A DNA stretch of 64,000 nucleotides from Tubiluchus corallicola (lineage: Eukaryota > Animalia > Priapulida). The stretch spans positions 186,001-250,000 of the forward strand of contig JAQGDQ010000019.1 of NCBI GenBank assembly GCA_030141605.1. Direction: 5' to 3'. Shown in pieces: positions 13,940 through 26,830 of this stretch. Position 1 is the stretch's first letter; each line of letters begins with the position of its first letter. Position numbers and translations under genes: made by a program. The notes beneath the pieces were generated by a model. That model made no database searches and was not told the DNA's origin. It saw only the letters and a program-made list of their open reading frames with translations.

Positions 13940-14598
13940 AGCACAAGAAAACCCTCAACTTACATAAAGCTTAAAAACTTCGTTTCGAAATTTTATACCA
14001 CTTACATACTACCTTTTCGTATGCATGGCTTGCACCGGCCGTAACGCTGTATACAATGTGTAAATTTAAACTCCCGCGATGACCGTTACGCGCAGCCATT
14101 TTAATAGTAGGTCGTTTGAAACAAGTTTTGATAACAATAAGTAAAGTTTGGAAAAATGATTAGAGCATTCGTACCATACATGTTGCTAATTAAGTAAAAT
14201 TTTAAATTACTCCATCTTGTCAATAAAAATACGTTTTTGGCTAGTGAGTGGCGCACCCTGAAGGGTGAGTCAGCTACATTTTACCAATTGGCACAAACAT
14301 TTTAAATTATTAGTCTAGTTAGATAAGTCTTTCCAGCAGGTAAGTGAAATGCTAAGTAATATAGATTTGCACGGAAACATTTTGGGACATAATTTAACAT
14401 TGCTTTTTCTTCCCCTGATTTACGTTGCGTAGTGACGTCATGTAATGGAGCCGTCGTAACAGTATTGCGGGAGATTTAAAATGAAAACAAACGAAAATTC
14501 GACGCGAATACGATATGTGCATAAAATTACTGTAAAGCAGTAAAAATTTTTAAGGCGATTTTTCTGAAACCTACTTCAGGTACCCCTTTTCTTGTCCT
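13940..14598 (-). mobile_element. Kolobok-type MITE, copy 2 (full length, inverted relative to copy 1)
   Basis: TTAA at 13936-13939 and 14599-14602. The reverse complement aligns end to end with 9982-10644. Confidence 0.85.
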
Positions 14599-15932
14599 TT
14601 AAGCTCAAGTTTTTCAATAAGAAATTTTGGAAACGTTCACATCAGACTGCACTTCAAATTTCTTCAGCGCATTTGTCATAAGAACAGGTGTTCTGGACGT
14701 TCTGAGCAATGGAAAGCTCTAAATAAGTTTTGAATGCCTACTGCAAAATACTTTGTCTTATCTTCTTTCATTTACAGACAGTTTACATACGCAGGACTTA
14801 ATCACATCAGCTGATGCACAGTACGCGACCACTCAGTTTAATGGTCGAACTTGGATGCTTCACCTATCAGCTAATGGAGTTTCTCACACATCCTAGATAA
14901 TCTATCATGCATTCCTTTTTATTTTATAAACAAGCAGTGAGTCAACCACGTCCAATCACAGGCACAAACGTTGAAAATTTGCTGCTTACAACGTTTTCCA
15001 TATCATGTTACTGGATTTCCCGAACAGGTGACTATTGACATCTTTAGGAGCACTTTTAATTCAGCGGCAAAGACACTAATGGCACAGTACAAAAGACGTA
15101 AATTTCATCTGACTAGGCCTTTTGCTCCCATTCCGATGCAAATTGAACTGGAGAAGAAAAGTTAACACCGCTGATGTGTTTACTATAGTATGGATTAGCC
15201 AATTGGTGGAAAAAGTATGGAAGAGGCATGATGGAAACAGAGTAACGCGATTGCACCTTTGCAGTGATTTTTATCAATGCATTCGTTTTGACTGCAAAAT
15301 GTAAACCTTACGCTTGGTTGCACCACTTTTGACACAGTCCCTTTCTCCGTCTTATGTGCTTCCAACTGTTATGGCTGTGTCATTCATTATAAATATGGAT
15401 CACTAGGAAAGAATCAAAGAAGGTAATAATGACATGCGCTTTACAGCAAAGCAAAAACAGTAGTTGAGTACGCAGCTGGCACGATTAAGTCTACTACTGA
15501 GTACTCCGAGATCCGGGCTTTATGTAGCATATTACTATTTCATTTACGTCACTAATACTCGTCACAGTAAACATACATCTGAATTTAGTCTTGTCTAGTA
15601 TAAAGAGCCTTCTCAATCTTCATTTATGGATAAGGATTGAAAACACCATTTATCCGTACAGCGTGCAAGAAACAGTGACAAAATCCGTATGTTAAGAATG
15701 GGAGTTGTTAACTTTTCGAATACAAGTGTTCTCGCTACTGTTTTTGTAGGTTAGGTAACAGCGAACTAAGTCTCTTGTTTCAGCGTACATGTACACAAAA
15801 CTCTACAGCAAGAATCAAGTAAAAATGGGGTGAGATTACTGCAAATGCGTACCAATTTTTCAATTTCAGTTGTGTATGACGTACGTCGTAATATTTGTAC
15901 GACTGATCAACAATAGTATGCTAGATAGCTAG

Positions 15933-15963
15933 ATATATAATTATATATATATATATATATATA

Positions 15964-16014
<51 letters not shown>
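15933..16014 (+). repeat. (TA)n/(TATG)n microsatellite
   Basis: Seen directly. Confidence 0.9.
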
Positions 16015-19000
16015 GATTTAAACACTTAGCAATTTAAGAGTTCGTTCCCAAGGCGCAAAATTCTTTCAGTAAGCTCAAATCGAATACAGGATGAATTATC
16101 TCAGCTACTTGTTTTAATTTAGTTTCGCAACTGGATACATAACATGAAGTCCCAAAACCTCTTTATTATTACAGACGAGTGACCCGAACACATTACTGAT
16201 CTGCATAATAAAGCTCACACTGTTTATTATGCCATTGGAGAGGCATGTTGCACACAGTCATAATTGTCAGCGATGTCACTCTGTCAATAGAAAATGCATG
16301 TTAAACGTGGCTTCCTGACAATATAGCATGCGTTTCAAAGGCTTCATTTAGAAAGTCAAAACGTTGCAAACGTCACATTCGGCAACAAAAACACGTTATT
16401 CATGTGCATCGAACTCAACAGATAAATGCGTCTTTTACTAATGTCGCCTCAAAGACAAGAAACCATTAACAATTAATAGAATTAATTTGAGATAAGCGAA
16501 ATAATATCAGTAGATCAAGCAACAACGACTCCACAGATTAATAATAAAATAAAAGTAAATAAAACATAGTCTGTTTTTCTTGTTTTTTGTTGTCGTTACC
16601 GTTATCTTTATCATTATCATTATCATTATTATTACTACTAATTATTATTATCCGACATTTTGTCCGGTGCTTCACTTTCAATAATGTAATTTAATGTCTG
16701 ATAATGATCTTTGTTGTGTTATTATTTCACAGCAATTTTACGTTTTATATAACTACACTTAAGTGCTTTTATGTGGCTGATTATCATCAATGTGTCTGTA
16801 AATTCTACTTTTCAATTTTTGCTATAATTCGGCGAGCGGTATTATTACACGCAGATTAAAAAGAGGCATGCGTTCACTCACGTCTATCACATAATGGGTA
16901 TATCACACGCACCGCCTTTAAGCTCATTTAGACATATCAACTTCGTGAAACCTTTCTGACAAATCAACATGAAGAGGCGAAAACAGACATTCTAAGGCTC
17001 ATATCGATCTGCAGTTCAGGAAAGTGTAACTAGGTGTGCTCATTATTTGCCACAAACTAGCATAATAATCACCTAGCACGAAAATTCTACACTATTGCAT
17101 GGCAGTGGGTCCTAAGAGCGGCAAACTTCTAAGGAATCGGTTATTCGCATTCGTGTAATTTGGGATATTATCGATTTGATACTCAGATGAGTAAGGGTAT
17201 GTTCTAATCATTATGTACATCTTAAATGAATTTGCTCATAGCGAAGTTTATTTGAATGTATTTCAAAACTACCTTTTATGTTGTTTTGTCCGCCTGCACA
17301 ATACTATTTACCTTCTTCTGCGTCCCACCACTTAGTTAGTCTTCTTAGCAAATTTACGAACTTGAAACTCAGTTGGAATAGACTGTTCAGTCTCCAGTAA
17401 AATCAATTTTTAAACCCTAATAATAGAACAAATACCACAGGTATGAACCCGAAGTCTGCAGTTGAGAATTATAAAACTTATAATTAATTCACATACATTC
17501 ATTTTCATATTAGTTTTTTGTGCAGCGAAAAATTCTAAACGAACCCACCTGCATGGGCATCGACCAGTAATGTTTTAAATATTCTGCGACTTATGCCGAT
17601 ACTCTGATAGGAATCCTCAGCCTTACTCTTAGCTGCTAAACTACACTGTCACTAGAATCAGAAGTTTTCGTGTTTAGAACCAAATACGGCGTTTGTTACA
17701 GTTCAAACTAATGTCTAAACACATCACACTTTTCGTGAAACGGTAACTGTAACGCTCACCGCCATTCGCAAGCGTTCAGCCGAAGGAAATTGAGATCAGT
17801 AACTTGCGAATTCCCCAGAAAAACCTTTAAACATGGTTTTGTCATCCAACAGAAGCCCCATAGGTTATTAAATTAACTGGGCAAGTTAATTAAATGAGTC
17901 AAAGTAATTTTTTCGTTTATTCGTTAATCTTTCATGCATAAACAAGAAGGATTCTTGCGGCAGAACAAAACAATGTACGAGAAAAATCTAATTCAAACTC
18001 ACTAAGTAGTACAACTACTTTTTGATTTTACAATGTTTTTGACGATATTTTTAAGCGATAGCGAGGGATTTTATAAACTTAGAAATTTTGATATTGAGCA
18101 AAAGTTGCCGAGAAGGAAATAAACGACAGTGGAACAGCCAACCTATTGTTGTCTGAAATGCCTAAAAGCATTCATAATTGCAATCAGTGTTACTAAAAGT
18201 AATGTTCATTCTATGGCTCTACACATACTCGCGAACTTTACCAATACACAGGCAGAGTGGGAAATAATTAAGGAACCGTCTTGTAGAAAATGGGTCTGTA
18301 AGCAGCCTTTGAAGAAACTAATTAATGGCGGCATATAATGCTTCATTCAAGACGCCAGTACACCTATCCATGAGTTTATCAATTGCTTCATCAAGTTTCA
18401 CTTTCTGATAAACGCTACCTAATCAACCATGACTAAACTGGCTTCGGCTTTCCCAACAAATACCGTATCTAAGGTCAACATCGAAACTGATATTAATAAT
18501 CTGAATATCTAATAAAGACTATGCCTATCCATCTTGTAAATCTATAACGGCACCATCTGACGGGTTGGTAATGCACACTTGCCGCTTAGACCAGTTGTCT
18601 AACAATGTGAATCCACATAGTACTATAGAACACGCAAAAAGTAGTTTACTTGGAGATTAATGAATTAAAAGCCTGGAAATTACCGACACAGTTTCATGCA
18701 AAGCATTTGACAATGTAGATTTTTTATACTTGTTACTTGGGAATACTGCCTGTCAGGCTGATGCTATTGCTAATTAGTTTTTGTGTGCACGCATAGCAGC
18801 ACAGCACAATTATTAACGTTATCTATCACTAAATTTGCGTATATTTTAGCCAGTGGTTCTACCACCGATATATAGATATTTTGGGAGTCTTCAAACGGAA
18901 AAAATGAACATGATGTTTATAATGTTTCTACTGTAAAACTGTATGCGCTGTGTTATTTTAATTCCATTTAATTCCAAAGTTGTATTTTTATTTATAGTTG

Positions 19001-22000
19001 TATTTTTATTTATAAATAAAATTTTCAACTGACTTTGGATCTTTAATTTGAAATTTGCAGTAAGTTTTAGATGCTGAATTCGATTATATGTTTTGATTGA
19101 AATTTAAACTTTAAGACCTCAAAATAGACCACATAAAGTTTTAATTTCACAAGAAAAACCATGAAACAGTAAACACTAACAACGCATCACAGAGGTAAAG
19201 AAAAAACTTAAAATCAATTGCGTCTTAACAGCATTTTTTTTATATTTTTAGTTTTGTTTCAGTTGTATAGTCCGCTTAAAATACACTGCAGTTTTTTGAG
19301 TCAAACAATAAGGTTTTCAGTTTTTCACTCAAATGGAAGGTTTTGTGTGATTAATTGCTGATATTGCCAAGCCGGCATATTCCATTAATCACTCAACTAA
19401 TGTGTTTGTATAACTTACAGCAGAATATGTGCTGCTGGGCCTAGCGGGCGGAAGCTTGCAATGCATGAAGTCGCCAAGTTCAATGCAGTAGATTACCTTT
19501 CTGGCAACCAGTGATAACAAAAGCGTATAGTTGCGTACTGAAACCTGTTAACATGTACAGCTGAGATCTGACAATCCAGCAGGACTAGTACATAACAAGA
19601 AGTGAGTGTTGTAGCGTTAAAAGATAACTATAGCGTTATCCTGACTGTAAAATGATATAGTATCAATAAATAGCTAGGCCTGCCTGAACGTACCTTGCCA
19701 TTTAATAGTTTCAGAGCGTTTTCCCGAAATATCTGGATATTCAATTTAAAACGCTTGTACAGAGAGAACAGAGATTTAACTACACTGGCAAAACAGTTGT
19801 TCCAAACTTTCTTTAGGACAAGTTTATCAATGAAATAATAATAGTGTGTCAGTTCATTGGGATTTATGCAATAACAGAGTCAAACAGAATTGAGTGAGTG
19901 GCCTTGTATTTATTTTCATCGAAAACTAACTGACTTACTGACGAGAATTGCTTTGGTACTTGCTAGTCGGTTCAGTTTAGTGCGATTTGTGCTGGTGCAT
20001 CTGGCCCTATTGTCTGCATGACCAAAGTTTGGCGGACTCATCAAATTGTCGCTTCTTACAGAAATTTTACATGTCCTAACATATCTTTTTATCAGTTTTT
20101 CATCCGTAAAGGCTTTGACTTAACTATGAAAACTGAAGCAAGGAGCTTCGGAAAATAATTTGAACAGCAAAAAACTTGAATATGCATATGTGTTACCGTT
20201 TATCTTTGGAATTTTGTTAAGAAAAATGAACCTCAATTTATTACAATCACTAAGGCAAGCATAACAATCTTGCTTTTGCTTCCGTTATTGCGAGTTGTAA
20301 CGTAGTGTAGCCTATTAGCTAAATATTTGCCTTCACAGTCTGTCGCATTTATTAATATTGCACAGTCTTGCTGATTAGTTGAAACGTATTATGCAGCTGA
20401 CGGGATAACAGCTGTCATCGCCAAAGTGCAGTGACAATAAAATTTACTAAGTTTAATAATTAAGATATTCTAGCCAATTAGTGCTGCTAAACCTTAAGCA
20501 ACTATACGGTAACACACAGTGTCTGCTTTAATTAAAATAGTTGATATAGGCAGCAGACCATGGAGACTATTATAGCAGGCAATTATTGACATTTGATATT
20601 TTTTTAAATCATGTTACTTTTTTGTTGGTCGGTGATTCATCACAAAGATTATTGCTCATGTAGTTTTGCACAAAAGCTTTCACATATTCTGTGCTACAGT
20701 TTATATTTTTTTAACTGTAAATAGGCCTACATGTGATGTTTGTCATGAAAGTTATGGTTATTTTTATAATAACTATATCGTCTTTTGATCATCGATCGTT
20801 TTTTGTAGTTCTTTGAGTTTCTTTGTAGTAAGTAAGCTGACTCATTGAGTTTTGACCAAATCGATCAATAAATCAGTGATGACTTTCGTGTCATGCTAAA
20901 GAGAAAGAAATAAGACATAAAATAAAAATCGTCAAAAAAGAAAAACAACAAAATACAGGAAAATAAAATCTTGATCAACATGCAGAGAAAATGTAAGCAA
21001 TCCCAAGGAAAGTACTACATTGACTTCCACGCACCATGCATGATACACTTTGCAAATGCCACGGATCTGAACGCGACATTGGAAGTTAGCTCGTAAAACA
21101 GCGACTTTTGGTGTTAAATCAAAAAGAACACAAGCACCTGGGGTATTGAAACACAGCGCACAGTCCTACTGGCGAAACGATTTAGCCACTACTATAGATT
21201 CCTATGATCACTTGAAAAGTTTAATTTTCACCAAAAAGGCGATTTTCAAATTACATCTTCACACATTTAATTGCAAAGCAGATTTTATCACAAAGCCGCA
21301 ACACCAAACTATTATAACAAGCAGTAGTCGTGAACAGATGAAGCCAAAGAGACTTCCCATAGATGGGCAACCTGCCACGTGCGTGAATACCGCTCCCAGA
21401 GATCAATTATGCAGTCACAGAATGACAACACTGAGTGTGTGTATTACTTGTGCTCATGCACTTCCAGGGTGGATTCAAATTATCTCCAATAACTCTGCCT
21501 CACTTTTTATATTACAAGCAATCTCTTGTTAAAGTGTAACTAACTACCTACTACTATGTTAATTATTGCAACATCCTACATTCTATTCGTTACTTTATTA
21601 TAAATGCTGGTAACAAGTTTACTGTAACTACAAATAAATATTTGCAAGAAAGTTGTGTTTTGAAGTAATGAAATGTGAAACCTATAGTAATAATGATGAT
21701 GACGATTATGACGATAATAATAATTATTCTTAATTAGTATTAGTATGACATTTAGTATTAACACATGACGGTCTTACAAACTTACTGTAAGGATGAATAT
21801 GAAGTATAGGAGACTTTCTGAAGACAGTCTCTTGAAACTGTGTCTTTTTCTTCTGAATTAATTCCGAATACAACGTAAGTTTTTCCAAAAATAACAACCA
21901 CTGGCAGTTTAAATTTTGGCAAGAAGCATTTCACTACGCAAGGTGAACTCCAAGGTAATATGTGGTCTTGTTGACGTTACAGAATTTGTAGGCATGCATG

Positions 22001-22274
22001 CTCTCATAGAGCCATCTTATCTATATTATTATTATTATTATGAATATCTTAACATTCTTATAGACACCTTGTATTAAATATCATTATCTGTGTCACATGT
22101 GCTAAAATCACTCAACTCAGCGGTTATGTGCCATGTGCTTCCCTTCTGCTTTGCTGTAAAGTGCCTATCGAGGGCTGGCATTAACGCCCATGAGAAAATG
22201 AAATCAGAAGATGAAGGACTAAGTTGTGAAAATGCATTTCCACATACGATTCTCTCGATCAGAATTTCGTTTTG

Positions 22275-23328
22275 TGAATGTAGGTAAGTATGACACGGGT
22301 AAAAATGACACAGGAAAAAGTGGAAAGTGGCAAGGTAAAAATGGCACGTGTAAAAACGACACAGGAAAAAACGACATAAATAGAAAAGTAGGAAAAACGG
22401 CAATTATGTTATTTTGATACCAATAATTTATATAATAAAATTAGAAAGCGCTCAGTAGGAAGCAGACCTCTGTCAAGGTCGAAAAATCCTAATCATCCAA
22501 AAATAAACAAGCGAATGTACAAAAATATACACGTAAAATTATTATATAGACTGGAAAAAACTCACAATTTTTTTAATAACAGAATTATAATCACTAACGC
22601 ACGAATATTCCACATATTGTGTCTACATTTTTTTAAGCATTTGGTGATGATATAACAGACTGTTAAATATGCGTATTTTAATACTAAGTAAGGTTATAAG
22701 ACTATATACATATTATACATATGTATAATCCAAAGGTTATAGACAGCGTTGCCCAGTTTTCGAAGCGAGAATTTCTTGAAATGGAACCTGGAAACAACGT
22801 CGTAGTTGTTTGTCCTGATGGAGCTAATAAAAACAACTAACTATCTCATCTTGTAGCTAAGTCCTCCTTATTCCAATGAACTATTGTGACATTCCCTCCG
22901 TAACCTAGAAACACTGCTTCACGAATGTTTTTGTACGTGGTGATCGGTCAAGTTTGGTGAAAGAAAGAACGGCGAAAAAATGCCCATTTTTCAATTTTCT
23001 CCCCCTCCCCTGTCCAGGAGTCTGTATCAAAATGCATCTTTTTTGTCCCCTACATTCTTTTTCCACAAAGTTTCGTAGAAATTTGTTAGGCAGTTTTTGC
23101 GTAATGGGCTTACTGCTGTATAATAGCCAAAAAGCAACCAACCAACGAAACAAACAGCGTTGGTGCATGTATAACTTCTCTTACAGAGGTAAAAATAATT
23201 AAAATAACTATCTTCCATAGTAACGCTAATCCTAAACCCAAATTTTATAAGTGCGCAATTTTTTCCTATTTTTACATTTGTGCCCTTTTTTCCTGTTTCG
23301 TTTTTCCTGTGCCATTTTTACCTTTCCG
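22275..23328 (-). mobile_element. Non-autonomous element with about 15-bp GGTAAAAATGGCACA-type terminal arrays and an internal HINE-like segment, copy A
   Basis: Inverted arrays at 22275-22400 and 23255-23328. About 22930-23325 is the reverse complement of about 53218-53630, and the left end tgaatgtaggtaa matches 55246-55258 reversed. Confidence 0.7.
22441..23192 (+). mobile_element. HINE/Helentron-associated-like element nested in copy A
   Basis: 5' end ...ctcagtaggaagcagacctctgtcaagg and 3' end ataacttctcttacagaggtaa form a short inverted pair (acctctgt/acagaggt). A (CAAC/CAAA)-type microsatellite lies near the 3' end. Classification is from recalled architecture. Confidence 0.45.
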
Positions 23329-24249
23329 TAAATTTCGTGCATTTCGTAAAAAATGCTTGCATTTACAGAAGCCCGCACTAAATACGCAGACTCCAATAAA
23401 GTATACAGCAGTGGTTTCTTGATATGCATGTAAGATTTGAAAACCATGGTCATAGATAATAATATTACTACGTAAAGGGCTTGGGTTTACTGTTTCATTT
23501 GTATATGGAACTGCCTTCCAGTAGACTAACAAAGTTCAGCCAATGAAGGCGGGATTTCAAAAATCTCTAAGGAGCTACCTTACATTGATAGGTCACATTA
23601 CGTAATGATGGCGTGCCACTTGCCGTACACTGTAATAGAAATTATCGTTACACAATACAGGGATTTTTCTTACATTATATACTAGAGTCATTCAATGCAT
23701 TACATGACGGCTGTTATTGCATTGTATGGCATTACTGCATTACGCGGCAACTGTTAACACAACAAGGTTAAAGTTCTACATTACAGGCCACTTCTTACAA
23801 GCCTCTTCTAGGTACAAGTAATCCAGTGAACTAATATGGGTTAATTGATGAAAGGATTTTAGACGCTTAGTTTTAATTTTGCGTTTAAATATTGTAATTG
23901 TGAATTAACAGGCGTTAGACGACCCACTGAGGCAGCATTTTAAAGCCATAATTTTAATATTGCATTTGATGTGGAAAATGGAATGGAAAACCTTCAATTC
24001 TGCATCAATGTTGTTCTGTTTCAGGCAGCAGCATTAGACCCACGACTATGTAATTTAACATCACTTCAGAAAAGAACTAAGGAAGCCAAGTAAACGAGCC
24101 AAACAAAAAGTGAAATTAGCCGGAAGGAAGCTAAAAACCTAGCAACTGTCATCATAGGCATACTTTTTTGAAAACGCCATTGGCAACGAACAAGAGCTTA
24201 GCTAACACTATAAATCTTAGATTGCATATAGGCGGAACTTTCACAAATT

Positions 24250-25822
24250 AATTTGAATTTTATGGCGAAGGAGTAAGAGATATCTGTAGTTTATTGTAGT
24301 CGATTCATAATTCCATCGAAGTTCAACAAGTCATTTTACTGACCTGAAAACCTAACCTGTACAATCAATATTCAACTTCAATGAATATTATAAATTAGTT
24401 CTAGTTTTTACTTTTCTGTAAAAAAAGGACCTGTAGTTGTCTAAACGAGGCATTTTCGGTTTTCGAAATATAAGTTTTCAGCGAGATAATCAAGTGGCAA
24501 ATGCTAATGTGGATTTCTTTGCTACAATTCCGAAAAGCAAATTTGCCAAAATGGAATGGAAAAGCAGATAAAGAAGTTACGCAAGCCTTTGAAATAGTTA
24601 TTAGGAAAAAATACAAACTCGAATAAAGGCATTCCATTTTCTGCTCACTGCCTTGCCTTTGCTGTTGCAGAAATCTATGGCAATGCGAGAAGTGATAATA
24701 AAGTCTGAAATCTCTTAACTCAAAATGCTAAAGCAGGATTCGATAAGAAACCCAAATCAGCTCGCTGGACTTATGATGGTGTGCTCGTTGTGAGAACAGC
24801 AAAACTTAAAACAAAATACGCTGAGCATTTCAAAGCTGTTCTGTATGACGCAAGTACCTGACAACGTGAAACAAGAATGTCTGAACTTGTTAGAGAAATC
24901 TCAAAATGATAACATCAGAAGTGTAATGGAGTTTACAAAGCGAGGATAGTCGCGCAGAGAGTCATAGGTTGAAACCTAGTTGAGTTGTGACTATATAAAA
25001 ATGAATACGAAGTCGTCATTGTCACTGCCACCAGATCCCGAGTCACGTCAGTAAGTAGTAATGTCTGCTCATTTAGCTGCTTACACCGTATTGTGGTACC
25101 TAGAAATTAAACCTGATCAGCTACCCATGACAGAGTATGGATGGAAAACCACTGTGGTTTACTGGACTGCAAAAGCCGCAAAAATTACAGCACAAAAATG
25201 AAAAAGAACACAAGAGCATCAAGAATTAGAAAATCTTGCTGAAACTTAATACACCATATTCGGTACAGGAGATTCGACCAAATATCAGTGATACTGATGG
25301 CAAGTCCTATGATTCGATAGTAAGTGAATTTCATCATGTGACATTTCTTCGTCTGGCACTGAATCAGATAGCGACGGTCAGGTTGTCTATTCTCATCTGC
25401 TATACAAGGTATAGCTGAGAAATAATTGATAACATTCACTCAGGCTTGGCATTCCCACATCTCGTATGACACAGCTTATTTGCTTTTACTTGAACACTAG
25501 ATGAGGTAACCACTGGTAGGTAACCATGACAAGCAGACATGTTCACAAAAATAAATTAACAATATGTTCCAAAATGATCCACCGATACCGAAAAATTAAG
25601 CTCAGATTTTCATTAAGTTTTGAAAAAGGCCCCCTTTGCAGCATTTTCAGATTTGTGCAGGAAATATTAGCATGTGCCCCGATTCAAAATGGTGCCCAGA
25701 ATGCCTTAATGGGTTCGGAAAAATTGCACGCAATTACTTTTGACTGGGTGGTCATAGCACCTAACATTCAACAAAAAAATCATTTTTAGTTCACATCTCT
25801 CGCGACATAAGGGCCCATACTA
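24250..25822 (+). mobile_element. Decayed Academ-like DNA transposon (3' part)
   Basis: About 24995-25170 translates KMNTKSSLSLPPDPESRQ*VVMSAHLAAY...LPMTEYGWK...VYW, the LPP...RAH...P.YGW pattern I recall from Academ XPG-like C-termini. Candidate terminus ...gggcccataCTA at 25822 (Academ ends are TAG...CTA). Left boundary approximate. Confidence 0.5.
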
Positions 25823-25852
25823 ACTATTGAATTATATATTTATTTCGGGATA

Positions 25853-26830
25853 TAGTTTAGTTTAAACTTTATTTATTTATAGTGGATTTACAAAACGGGC
25901 AACGTCTGATACATGTATCTCCGTGGTGCAAGTGTTAAGTGCAAAGTGCTAATAAAAGAATAATGCGCATCACAACTAATATCACATTTCATTTGATAAA
26001 TTAATTAGCTCGATTACAATCAACTTATACACATAAACATTACAAAGACAACATTTCAGTAACATCAGTAATAATAAAAATACATTTGCAAAGTAAGTCG
26101 GCTGGTTAATCATGTAGTCTTTATACTCTTGTTTGAAGTAACACTCCACTCTTTAATAAACAGGGGATTCGGATAAAAATTTTACAGTTTGCTTCTTGAC
26201 ATTATTACGTTTGGAATTTGTTTATGAACTGAAATGGCTACATTCCTTTTTTAATACCCCCTATTACGAACTAAAATTTGCGTTTCAATTTTTGTTACAG
26301 AGTTAGTGCATTTGTGGCAGAATCTTGTTGAAAAAGCTTTTTAATAGGGCAATTAATTAACGAACATGATGAATTCCACAAAAGCTACTTTGTTCAGCTA
26401 AGTCAATAAACAGGATCTGCTTGGTAGCTATTCTTATCTTCTTATTCCTTTTTCTTATTGAATTTTATAAATCTGCTGAATTTGGCAACTGTCAGACCTT
26501 CTTACAGTCACCCATCCATAAATTGAGTCTAGCGGTGCTACTCGGAAAATTATCGCTCAGTTGAAACGCTAGGCATGTTATGCCATATGTTATGTCCCCA
26601 CAAACAATATAGTTGTGATTAGTGGTCAATTAGCGATTGGAAACCGCTGTTTCGTGTTGTTTGTGATTGATAGGAAACAACATCTTCATTGAAATCGCGC
26701 ACATTTAATTTTTATAAAGTATTTTTGTAAATCAAACTTTTCGTAAGTGTAAAGTCCCTTTTGACAAGTCTCATTTAATCAACTGTTGAGATATTATAAC
26801 CCACAAATACATACTACCTACAAACACCTG
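25853..26830 (-). mobile_element. Highly decayed L2/Crack-like LINE 3' portion
   Basis: Weak collinear motifs YLWVIISQQL (cf. FLGVIIDxxL), LYCLWGHN (cf. YCxxVWGN) and YFKQEYKDYMIN, ending in an ataaataaataaagtttaaactaaacta tail. Confidence 0.35.
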
